Assembly (NCBI RefSeq): GCF_000012925.1
Contig: NC_007517.1
Location: 1,320,001-1,352,000, forward strand
Reading direction: 5' to 3'
Length of the DNA: 32,000 nt
DNA from: Geobacter metallireducens GS-15
GTDB taxonomy: Bacteria; Desulfobacterota; Desulfuromonadia; Geobacterales; Geobacteraceae
Positions within the stretch are counted from its first letter, which is position 1. Each line of letters starts with the position of its first letter. The notes below the pieces were generated by a model. The model was not told the origin of the DNA, searched no databases, and was given only the letters and a program-made list of their open reading frames with translations. The position numbers and the translations under genes were made by a program. Shown here in pieces: positions 8,601-16,035 of this stretch.

Positions 8601-9443
8601 CGGCAGGAAGCGCTTCTTTGCCGTATCGAGGAGGTAGTGGACCCGCAGGGGCTGGTCGTCGCTGACGAATTCGTGCCCCACGCTTGCCACCTGCACGGTG
8701 CCGCCGGCGGGCTGGCCGGCCAGGGGGACGCTCACCTCGATCACGAGCCCGAGCCGCCGCATCAGGAGGGGGTGGTTCCCCACCATGGCCACGGCCTCGT
8801 GGAAGTCGAAGTCGGGCACCGGCACCGGGTTGTCGCGGTTCCCCCCCTTGAAACGGTGGAAGTGCTTGGCCCGGAAAAAGTCCATGGCCGGCTCCGGCGG
8901 CCCCGGCGGCAGGGCCGTGGTCTTCAGCCGCTTGTACCGGCCCAGGAGGTCCGCTTCCAGATGGTCGTCCAGGTTGAACCACTCGCGCCCCTGCCCCTCC
9001 ACGGTGCGGACCAGGGTCGCCCCCTTCTGGGCCAGCTCGGCGATCAGGGGAAGATCGGTGGGGGAGGCGACCCCCACGGCGGCGTAGAGCTTGCGCAGGT
9101 GCTCCACCACGTTGGCCACCGGGAACGAGTGGATGAGCTGCTTCGACTGGTCCGCAGGGACAAAGGAGCGGACCGAGGTCTCCTCCGCCGGAAAGAGGGC
9201 CTGCCAGAGGGCCGGGTCGGCCCCGGAGGGGATGATGGTTGCGGCCACTGGCGCCTGGCCGCTGAACTGGATTGAGATGGTGAGGGGCTGGGCCGGCCAG
9301 TTGGTGAAGGGGGGAAAGGCGCTGAGCTTCAGAGGCGGTCCCTCGGTGTCGAGCCGGGGCGATACCATCACCGACAGGAGGAGATTCTTTCCGTCAGCGC
9401 TCATACCTTTCGGAAGAGCGGTCCATATGATTGTCTGTTTCAT
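5688..9443 (-). CDS. Giant hypothetical protein (1251 aa), no family recognised
   Basis: This is an uninterrupted 1251-codon frame with balanced amino-acid composition. The other frames give Gly/Arg/Pro-rich nonsense. AGGGGG lies 8 nt upstream of ATG 9443, and the start is 12 nt after the stop of the upstream giant ORF. I see no signal peptide, TM helix or catalytic motif that I can name. Confidence 0.85.
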   Translation of the reverse strand: MKQTIIWTALPKGMSADGKNLLLSVMVSPRLDTEGPPLKLSAFPPFTNWPAQPLTISIQFSGQAPVAATIIPSGADPALWQALFPAEETSVRSFVPADQSKQLIHSFPVANVVEHLRKLYAAVGVASPTDLPLIAELAQKGATLVRTVEGQGREWFNLDDHLEADLLGRYKRLKTTALPPGPPEPAMDFFRAKHFHRFKGGNRDNPVPVPDFDFHEAVAMVGNHPLLMRRLGLVIEVSVPLAGQPAGGTVQVASVGHEFVSDDQPLRVHYLLDTAKKRFLPAPAATSDLADGMLRLGTTDFSIQQVDADGAALKAIDYANQLQMRQQGRLRTADSTNDDGLPALRSGGVSVLRTGRAVRLANTFKTVTQANTNLNPQNPPELWADDVTGGFRVDVQDVAGIWRSLCRRGVTYRVGRLAGPQATITDSDEGTVTAAAMQDVDPTKNDFYLHEALFHWDGWSLVAPRPGEAIQNDGLSHGENLGPDGKARNPSKTSLNLEITAEPTPKTLPRLRFGGTYRIRARSVDVAGNSLPYDSTDASQASPQVTYRRFEPVEAPAVAIVSAVPLSNLPGESTAHLVIRSYNDTPADDGTISPEMSERLLLPPRTAVATIEQYGLLDTPTGVDATPTTWNRLAAKDAAAIPEVYPNPAALPTEVPYLADPFAAAAVLRGLPGTAPESSQAITFDAAPGWWQGKPFRIAMIEGNGPPTWDSTERILTVELPKAAVAKVRLSSRVTPADLEKLAVWKWIEDEAFDDEERARLKQLALDGLHWMLTPFRELTLVHAVQQPLAPPVIEALNPRKAALGDTFATVGGTVGVHAPSTGKVDLLALWSEPTGIGFARKSGESHAFDLPVASPDTPSVPWGGRRHEFGDTKYRKVSYYATATTRFRDYFDPSLTSDELTRPPKAELPPASATHLFETEVLNSGRPLAPNLLYVVPTFGWEAGEDERGTFSRRTGGLRLYLEEPWFSSGDGELLGVVVWPGERDWCLSGKPIRDTFVRIEVPDELKPYASQWGRDPIWLSGPTQQVPSLQNFTKAVAVQTSLTIEERPDTLVAVAGHGVGYDEERHLFYCDLDIDAGDSYYPFVRLALVRYQPKSIAGAELSRVVLADFAQFAPDRICWVARDAADPTALRITVSGTGYRRNASFNCTGEIEARLERWLGPGEGDMGWVPVSMAPVTLFNAQALKTLSVWEGTITLPVDDPDALFRVVVEEYEAFLGDAPEAGLTERFGSGRERRLVYSDAVEVGEGKL

Positions 9444-9455
9444 GGCAGTTACCCC

Positions 9456-12400
9456 CTATGCAAACGCCGCGGCGTAGGCTTCCCAGCGCGGCTGGGGCAT
9501 CATGACGCCGAAGGGCGGATCTCCGCTGGACCCGGCGAACTGTTTTCTCATGGTGACGGTGACGCTGGCGCTGAAGAGGAGCACCTCCACCTTCACGGAA
9601 ACCCGGCACTCGCCCCAGGCCTTGCCGGAGCCGAAGTCGTAATCGAGCCCCAGGTAGAATTCCAGCGATACGGTGATGAGGCCGATGACTTCCAGGGCGC
9701 CGTTGGCCCGCACGTATCCGGTCAGCTGCGAGTGGTCGGTGCTCACGTCGATCTTCAGGTAGATGCCGGCCATGAGGGAGATGCCGCCGCTGGCCACCCC
9801 CAGGTCGATGGCCACGCAGCCCCCGAACTCCAGGGAGGCCTCCAGGGTCTCCACCCCGTCCATCCCCACGGCCAGGGCGAAGAACCCGCCGCCGCCGAAG
9901 GGGGCCACCGACACGGTGAAGGGGCTCTGCCGCTCCGAGAGGTTGAAGCGGAGCCGCATCGGCTCCCCGGTGAAGGGGAGGGTGAGCCGGGCGCCGAGGG
10001 CGATGTTGGCGATGGAAACCGCCCCCACCGAGACCGCCGGGATGGTGAGGGAGTAGCCGGCGGTGATCCCCTGGGGAGTCACGTCCAGGAAGGGGGGATC
10101 GGCGAAGTTGGCCGGCTGCAGGTAGTTTCGCAGCTCGTTCACGAACTCCAGGGCCCCGGTGAAGGTGATATCGGCGATTTCCACGTGGACGTCGGGCTTC
10201 TTGCCGTCCACGGAGGTGAAGGAGAACTGGTCGAACTTCACCGTCACCACATCAGCCAGGTTGATGGTGAAATCGACGATTTTTCCCGTCAGCTGGAAGG
10301 CCTTGCCTCCCCCCGCCTTGGGGGTCTTGAGGAGGCTGTCGAGGGTGAGCTTTGCGGCGGCCCCCTTCACGAAGGGGCCACTGGCCTTGAGTTTCGTGGT
10401 CTCCCAGTGGAGCGTCGTGGTGATCTCGGTGGCGCTGTTGGCGGTGACGAGCTTCGGGGCCTGGTCCAGGAAGTCGCCGGGGATCAGGGCGTCGAGGATG
10501 TCGGCCAGGGTGATCCCTCCGAGGAGCTGGGCGTTGAGGCCGGCGAAGAACTGGAGTGGGTCGAAATTCCCCTCGGCGAAGCTGTCGGCCGTGTCCCCCA
10601 CGGTCCCCAGCTCCCGGGAGAGGCCGCGGATCGCCATGCTGGGGGTGGCGACCCCGCCTGAGCGGTCGGAGCTCTTCCCGGCCGTGTAGTCCAGGGAGGG
10701 GGCTGGAACCATGGCCGGCACCTGGGCGAAGAGCCCTGCCTTGTTCTTCACCGGGTCGAAGCTGTGCTCCAGATACCGGGGAGCCAGCTCCACCGTGGCC
10801 GGATCGTTGCTGCCGGTCATCTGCCGTAGGGCTGCAATGGCGATCTGTGCCTGGTCCAGCTTCGGGTAGCAAGGTGGCTCCCGGGTGCCGTCGGCGGGGG
10901 AGAGGGCCGCAAAGCTCAGGGCCGCCGTGTCGAAGGTGGTCTTGCCAGCATACCCCGTCGACTCGGCCATGGCCACCTGCTGGCCGCCGAGGGTGGTTGC
11001 GCGCCGGTCCTTCTCCTTGGGGGCGTTGTAGGCATCCACCGCCACCTTGATCTCGGCGGCGTTGTCGAGCATGTCGGAGCGGACAAAGGCCAGGGGCATC
11101 ACGAAGTCCACCTCGTGACCCTCCCAGTCCCACCCCTTCAGGTGGAAGAGGAAGTCGCCCGGCCCCACTCGGGGCCAGAAGGCGGCGATGGGTGGCGTTC
11201 CCACCGGCCCCCCGAGGGGGCGCTGGCCCGGATCGGCACCCAGGGGGGATTCCTGGGGCGGGTTCAGGTTGGGGGTGACGACGGTGGTTATCCGGACCCG
11301 CCGCAGGGGGGTCTCGCGGCCGCTGAAGGCGTAAGCACTGCCACCGTAGGTCCGCTCCGGCTCCCGGACGATGATGAACATCCGCTGCCTGATGTACGCC
11401 ACCGGGTCGCCGGTGGGAGAGAGCTCCACCTTCCGCTCGCTGATTTTTACCAGGGACGCCCGGTGGCCGAAGGGGAAGAGGAACCCCTTGTAGACCACCC
11501 GCACGAAGTGGTCGCGCCCCATGGTGGCCCGGTGCCGCCACTGCTCCACGGAGTATCCCGCCGGCGGCGACAGCTGGAGGTTGCTGTCGAGCCACCCCCC
11601 CAGGGACGAGAGCATCAGCTTGTTGATGGAGACCGGGGTCGGCGTGCCGATGGTGAAGTCGGCGGTCAGGTCCACGATCTGGCGCCGGTCGTCCTGGTCC
11701 ATGGGCATCAGGAACGGCTTGTCGAAGTCGGTAGGGATGTCGTGGTCACGGGACCAGATGGCCCGCACGGTCCGGTACTGGTGGGGCTCCTCGGTGACTG
11801 CCTCGCCGGCGCGCACTGCCAGCCGCGTGTGCCAGAGCTCGGTCCGGCCGTCGCGGGTCACCGGGGCGTTGGCGTGGACCCAGGTGCCATGGTGGTTGGG
11901 GGAGATGATCAGGCGGAAGGGGAGCTCGATCTGTGTCGTGGTGGCCGAGGGGGGGGCCGGCTTCAGGAGGAGCCCCGGCAGGATGCTGATGGTGTCGATG
12001 GGGCGCAGGTTCCCGAGGACCGTCTGACGTGCGAGGGTTGCCGTCACCCGCTGCACTGGCGCGGCGCGGTTCGTGAGCGCCACCGGGGGGCGGTTCCAGA
12101 GGGGTGCCGCCACCTTGAAGATCGGCTCGGGGCCCGGGAGGATGATGGGGGGGAGACCCGGCCGCTTCAGCCGCACCGATCCCGGCAGGGCCGTGGGGGC
12201 CAGGGACGGGGTGAGGGGTTGCCAGTCGAGGATGGTCGCGCCGTTCAGGAGGAACGCCTGGTCCCCTTGGGGGAGGGAAAAGACGAGGCGGCTCTGCTTT
12301 GCCATGAGGGCCTTCACCGGCGGCGACGGCGGGTTGGCGATGCTCGGCCCTTCCTTCACCTGTTGAGCCGGGGGCATGTCCGAATCGCTTACCTTGTAGC

Positions 12401-13958
12401 TCGGGTCCGCCTCGAAAAAAGTCTCCTCGCCGATGCTCTGGGGGGGGAAGACCACCGCCAGGTAGGAGGGGCCCGTGGTCAGCGGCTGGAGGCGCCGCGT
12501 CGTCCCTTCGGTCACGAGCCGCAGGTTGGTCCACCGGTACCCCAGGTGGAGGAAGTCGTCGCGCCGGACCACGGCCAGGGAGGTGTTGCGGGGGAGTCGC
12601 ACCGTGGTGCTGCCGGCCGCCGCATCGATCTCAACATGGCCAAAGGTGGGTTGGAGGGTGCCCGGAAGGGGCCGCCAGGTGACGAGGACCTCGGACCGGG
12701 GGGGGGCCGGTTCGGGGCGGACCAGCATCCCTTCCACCCGGGGGGCGCTCTTCATGAGGCTCAGGCGGCAGACCATGACCGGCGGGGTTGCCCCCATCTG
12801 CAGGATGCCGGTGGAGGGAACCTGGCGGGACTGGGCCAGCAGGAGGCTCACCCCCGGGCTGTGGAGCCAGAAGGGGGCCTCGTCCACCTGGGCCACGAGC
12901 CCGGCCACATTCCGCTGGCGGCTGTCGTCGAAGAGCTGGCCGTAGCGCGGGTTGCGGAGCGGCACACGGAACGGCGCGCCGTCGCTTCCCCGTAGTCCGC
13001 CGCCGGTTTCGAGCCCGGCCAGGGTCGGATCGGCCACTGACTGGGCAAAGAGAAAGCGGATGGCCTGGTCGTTAGGGAGGAGCGCCGCTTCCAGGAAAAG
13101 CCCGTCGAAGCGGAACCCTCCCAAATGGATGGTGGGGCCGGGCGTCGCGAACTCGGGCTGCAGCGGAAACTGTTGGTCCGCGGCGAAGAGGATGCCGGTC
13201 CGCCGCAGGGTGTTCGGGAGGAAGAAGGCCGGGGCGCCCGGCGGCAGAAGCCCCACCAGGGCCGCATCGGCAGTCACGTTGCCGGGAAAGCCGGGGAAGC
13301 GGAAACCGTCAATGGTGAGGGTTCCCAGGAGCCAGTCCGCCGTGAAGGCGGCAATGCCGCCCCCTTTGGCATCCAGGGCCGAGGCCGGGCCCAGGGGAGC
13401 GCATTCCAGGTCCAGGTGGACCGGCGACAGCGCCAGTTGGGTGCGGGCGAGCCACGGCGACAGGGGAAGGGTGGCGTCGAAGCTTCCGTACTTCAGCCGC
13501 AGGCGCAGGGTCCAGGTGCCGTTCACGAGACGGATCGCGGCCCTGAGTGAGGCGGGGATGGTGGTGCCGGGGTAGAAGGCGCCGGCAAGAGTGATATCCA
13601 CGCCGCCGTCCTTCTGGGTCACCGTCAGGGCGGGAGCGCCGCCAAACCATGCGGTCTCCAGATGCCAGAACTGGCTGGCCCCCTGTTCCTGAAGGGTCAA
13701 CTGGAGCTGGTTGTAAACGAGCGAGAAGGGACCTATGGTGATGAACTTCGGCGGCGGTCCCTTGGCGGCCGGTTTCGGCGGAGCCGCCTTGGTCCGTGTC
13801 GACCGTGGGCCGAGAATGACTTCCCCCGCCTTTCCAAGCCAGTCGAAGGTGGCGTTCCTGGGATCGCGGCGCAGGGCCGACAGCGAAAGCTCGGCAGGGT
13901 CGAGCCGGGGGATCTGGAGATCGGCAAGCGTTTCAAACGAGAGGCGAGGGGTCTTCAT
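9456..13958 (-). CDS. Giant hypothetical protein (1500 aa) with a Gly-rich beta-type C-terminal module, no family recognised
   Basis: The frame is uninterrupted. The preferred start is ATG 13958 (MKTPRLSF), with AAGGAGG 6 nt upstream; the ORF-track start at 13976 contains that RBS. The protein looks beta-rich, with no signal peptide. The last roughly 375 aa contain Gly-rich amphipathic strands (APFGGGGFFALAVGMDG...GVASGGISLMAGIYLKID). Confidence 0.85.
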   Translation of the reverse strand: MKTPRLSFETLADLQIPRLDPAELSLSALRRDPRNATFDWLGKAGEVILGPRSTRTKAAPPKPAAKGPPPKFITIGPFSLVYNQLQLTLQEQGASQFWHLETAWFGGAPALTVTQKDGGVDITLAGAFYPGTTIPASLRAAIRLVNGTWTLRLRLKYGSFDATLPLSPWLARTQLALSPVHLDLECAPLGPASALDAKGGGIAAFTADWLLGTLTIDGFRFPGFPGNVTADAALVGLLPPGAPAFFLPNTLRRTGILFAADQQFPLQPEFATPGPTIHLGGFRFDGLFLEAALLPNDQAIRFLFAQSVADPTLAGLETGGGLRGSDGAPFRVPLRNPRYGQLFDDSRQRNVAGLVAQVDEAPFWLHSPGVSLLLAQSRQVPSTGILQMGATPPVMVCRLSLMKSAPRVEGMLVRPEPAPPRSEVLVTWRPLPGTLQPTFGHVEIDAAAGSTTVRLPRNTSLAVVRRDDFLHLGYRWTNLRLVTEGTTRRLQPLTTGPSYLAVVFPPQSIGEETFFEADPSYKVSDSDMPPAQQVKEGPSIANPPSPPVKALMAKQSRLVFSLPQGDQAFLLNGATILDWQPLTPSLAPTALPGSVRLKRPGLPPIILPGPEPIFKVAAPLWNRPPVALTNRAAPVQRVTATLARQTVLGNLRPIDTISILPGLLLKPAPPSATTTQIELPFRLIISPNHHGTWVHANAPVTRDGRTELWHTRLAVRAGEAVTEEPHQYRTVRAIWSRDHDIPTDFDKPFLMPMDQDDRRQIVDLTADFTIGTPTPVSINKLMLSSLGGWLDSNLQLSPPAGYSVEQWRHRATMGRDHFVRVVYKGFLFPFGHRASLVKISERKVELSPTGDPVAYIRQRMFIIVREPERTYGGSAYAFSGRETPLRRVRITTVVTPNLNPPQESPLGADPGQRPLGGPVGTPPIAAFWPRVGPGDFLFHLKGWDWEGHEVDFVMPLAFVRSDMLDNAAEIKVAVDAYNAPKEKDRRATTLGGQQVAMAESTGYAGKTTFDTAALSFAALSPADGTREPPCYPKLDQAQIAIAALRQMTGSNDPATVELAPRYLEHSFDPVKNKAGLFAQVPAMVPAPSLDYTAGKSSDRSGGVATPSMAIRGLSRELGTVGDTADSFAEGNFDPLQFFAGLNAQLLGGITLADILDALIPGDFLDQAPKLVTANSATEITTTLHWETTKLKASGPFVKGAAAKLTLDSLLKTPKAGGGKAFQLTGKIVDFTINLADVVTVKFDQFSFTSVDGKKPDVHVEIADITFTGALEFVNELRNYLQPANFADPPFLDVTPQGITAGYSLTIPAVSVGAVSIANIALGARLTLPFTGEPMRLRFNLSERQSPFTVSVAPFGGGGFFALAVGMDGVETLEASLEFGGCVAIDLGVASGGISLMAGIYLKIDVSTDHSQLTGYVRANGALEVIGLITVSLEFYLGLDYDFGSGKAWGECRVSVKVEVLLFSASVTVTMRKQFAGSSGDPPFGVMMPQPRWEAYAAAFA

Positions 13959-14075
13959 GCATGCCCTCCTTGGCATATCACATGTTGGCCATCGTGGTGT
14001 TATATGGCAATCGAAACGAATGTGTCCCCGCGGAGAAAGGAGGAGGGCGGGGTGGGGGAAATTCTAATTAACAAA

Positions 14076-14103
14076 AGTGTACTGTCGGTTTCTGGTTTGT
14101 CAA
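14076..14103 (-). promoter_or_regulatory. Putative sigma70-type promoter of the giant-ORF operon
   Basis: The minus strand reads TTGACA (14098-14103), a 16-nt spacer, then TACACT (14076-14081). This is about 115 nt upstream of ATG 13958. Confidence 0.3.
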
Positions 14104-14178
14104 AAGGGAGAACGCGCTTACTGATGGGGCGAATTATTGTCGGCTAACCTCTTGATTTTGTTCTTGACGGCCGACCTC

Positions 14179-14207
14179 TTGACGGGCGATTTTAGGGAAA
14201 CTTGAAT
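14179..14207 (+). promoter_or_regulatory. Putative sigma70-type promoter of the riboswitch/protease transcript
   Basis: The plus strand reads TTGACG (14179-14184), a 17-nt spacer, then TTGAAT (14202-14207). The predicted TSS lies about 20 nt before the aptamer. The -10 element is weak. Confidence 0.3.
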
Positions 14208-14235
14208 TTTAGACACGACCAGTTTTGCACCAGTA

Positions 14236-14322
14236 GATAGACGACAATACTAAACCATCCGCGAGGGTGGGACGGAAAGCCTACAGGGTCTCCCCGAGAC
14301 AGCCGGGTCGCCGAAATATCGC
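14236..14322 (+). promoter_or_regulatory. GEMM-I cyclic-dinucleotide riboswitch aptamer
   Basis: The plus-strand sequence is GATAGACGACAATACTAAACCATCCGCGAGGGTGGGACGGAAAGCCTACAGGGTCTCCCCGAGACAGCCGGGTCGCCGAAATATC. It matches the Vc2 core in the same way as the two copies at 4398-4620. The first hairpin shows compensatory changes relative to those copies (CCATCC/GGGTGG versus CCATTC/GAATGG). Confidence 0.85.
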
Positions 14323-14348
14323 ATCGATATTCCGACCCGGCTTTTTTT
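14302..14348 (+). terminator. Intrinsic terminator forming the riboswitch expression platform
   Basis: GCCGGGTCG (14302-14310) pairs with CGACCCGGC (14333-14341) and is followed by T7 (14342-14348). The 5' arm overlaps the 3' part of the aptamer. The terminator lies 60 nt upstream of the protease ATG. Confidence 0.65.
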
Positions 14349-14408
14349 GTGCCGGACCGGACGAAAAAGCGGCTCCAGTAGCCGGGACACGTCGAAAGGG
14401 GAGGATGG

Positions 14409-15968
14409 ATGATGAAGAAAAGGTTGGAACGCTTCGTTTGCTCGCTGTTTATGGTCGTGCTCATGGCGGGATATGGCAATGCCGGGATGATGACAGCTTC
14501 GGCCGCTGGGACTGCTCCCTATAAGGAGGGGGAGTTGATCGTGAAGTACCGGGAGGGAGTTTCCGAGGAAGGGAAGGCGGAGGGGCACCGCAGGCACGGC
14601 TCGGAGAGGAAGAAGGAATTCCGTGACCTCAACATGGAGCAGGTGAAGATCAGACCGGGCCTCGGCGTGGAGAATGCCGTAAAAGAGTTCGAGGCGGACG
14701 ACGATGTGGAGTATGCGGAGCCGAACTATCTGCTGAAGGCCTCGAAAATTCCCACCGACCCGAAGTTCTACAGCACCTGGGGAATGGCGAAGATCAATGC
14801 CCCGGCGGCCTGGGACAATACCACGGGGAGTGCCGGGGTCGTGGTGGCCGTGATCGACAGCGGCGTCGACTACAACCACCCGGACCTAAAGGCCAACATG
14901 TGGATCAACCAGGCGGAACTGAATGGCAAACCGGGAATCGATGACGACGGGGATGGCGTGGTGGACGATATCTACGGGTACAACGGCGTAAACAACAACG
15001 GCAACCCCATGGACAACAACGGTCACGGCACCCACGTGGCCGGCACTATCGGGGCGGTCGGCAATAACGGCATCGGCGTGGCCGGGGTCAACTGGACAGT
15101 CAAGATCATGGCCTGCAAATTCCTGGATGCAAACGGCTCCGGCTACACCTCCGATGCCATTGAGTGTCTACAGTACGTCAAGAAGATGAAATCCCGCGGG
15201 GTGAACATCGTCGCCACCAATAACAGCTGGGGGGGCGGAGGCTATTCGCGGGCGCTCTACGACACCATCAACAGCCAGCGGGATATCCTCTTCATTACCG
15301 CCGCCGGCAACGCCGCTGCCAACAACGACACGACCCCGAGTTATCCCGCGGACTACAACCTGCCGAACATCATCGCTGTTGCCGCCACCACGTCGACGGA
15401 CGGCTTAGCCTCGTTCTCCAATTACGGCCGCCGGACCGTCATGGTGGGAGCGCCCGGGTACTCCATTCTGAGCACCTATCCCAACAACCAGTACGCCTAC
15501 CTCTCCGGCACCTCTATGGCGACCCCCCACGTCACCGGCCTGGCCGCGCTCATCAAGGCCAAGTATCCGACCATGGACTGGCGGGGGATCAAAAACCTCA
15601 TCCTTTCCGGCGGCGACCGCCCGTCGTCGCTGGCCGCCAAGACTGTCACCGGCCGGCGTATCGACGCCTTCGGCTCTCTCACCTGCGTCGACAGCCGCGT
15701 CTTCTCCGCTCTGACATATCCAGCCACCCTCCAGCCTGGTGTGGCAACGACGCTTTCCGCCCTGAGCATCAACTGCTCAAAGCCTGCCGGACCTGTCACG
15801 GTCTCCCTCAGCACCGGTGGGGTCTTGACCATGCGCGATGACGGTGTCTACCCCGATCTGGCAGCAGGGGATGGGATATTCACCGGCTCGTGGACCCCCA
15901 CCGGTACCGCCGAAACCCTCAACTTTTCATCGCCCGTCGGTGCCGAGACAGTAACCGTCGGCAAGTAA
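14409..15968 (+). CDS. Secreted subtilisin-like serine protease (peptidase S8) with an I9-type propeptide
   Basis: The catalytic triad motifs are VAVIDSGVDYNHPDL (Asp), HGTHVAGTIGA (His) and GTSMATPHVTGLAAL (Ser), with the oxyanion Asn in NNSWGG. There is a signal peptide (MMKKRLERFVCSLFMVVLMAGYGNA) and a propeptide-like segment (YKEGELIVKYREG...VEYAEPNY). The RBS is AGGGGAGGA, 5 nt upstream. Confidence 0.9.
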   Translation: MMKKRLERFVCSLFMVVLMAGYGNAGMMTASAAGTAPYKEGELIVKYREGVSEEGKAEGHRRHGSERKKEFRDLNMEQVKIRPGLGVENAVKEFEADDDVEYAEPNYLLKASKIPTDPKFYSTWGMAKINAPAAWDNTTGSAGVVVAVIDSGVDYNHPDLKANMWINQAELNGKPGIDDDGDGVVDDIYGYNGVNNNGNPMDNNGHGTHVAGTIGAVGNNGIGVAGVNWTVKIMACKFLDANGSGYTSDAIECLQYVKKMKSRGVNIVATNNSWGGGGYSRALYDTINSQRDILFITAAGNAAANNDTTPSYPADYNLPNIIAVAATTSTDGLASFSNYGRRTVMVGAPGYSILSTYPNNQYAYLSGTSMATPHVTGLAALIKAKYPTMDWRGIKNLILSGGDRPSSLAAKTVTGRRIDAFGSLTCVDSRVFSALTYPATLQPGVATTLSALSINCSKPAGPVTVSLSTGGVLTMRDDGVYPDLAAGDGIFTGSWTPTGTAETLNFSSPVGAETVTVGK

Positions 15969-15976
15969 CCGGCATG

Positions 15977-16005
15977 AAGGTGGCGCCGCCCAACGGCGCC
16001 ACCTT
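15977..16005. terminator. 12-bp GC-rich hairpin between convergent genes (possible bidirectional terminator)
   Basis: AAGGTGGCGCCG-CCCAA-CGGCGCCACCTT is a perfect 12-bp stem. It sits between the protease stop (15968) and the TIR-PASTA stop (16036). There is no clear U-tract on either strand. Confidence 0.45.
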
Positions 16006-16035
16006 CCCAATGCAATCCTTTGCTCCGACGCTACC

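Noticed and set aside
12440-12447. G8 homopolymers inside the giant ORFs, also near 11937, 12697 and 7631, as possible phase-variation frameshift sites.
   Set aside because: They encode Pro-Pro (CCC CCC) in an intact frame, which is expected at this GC content. There is no evidence of frameshift in the window. They would only be worth revisiting with population sequencing data.
6240-12995. Long plus-strand and alternative-frame ORFs inside the two giant genes, for example 6240-7412, 7812-9275, 9732-10661, 11115-12995 and 10252-11595.
   Set aside because: The cause is the same GC-driven absence of stop codons. Their composition is dominated by G, R, P, A, H and E runs, they lack RBSs, and they overlap a continuous, compositionally normal minus-strand frame.
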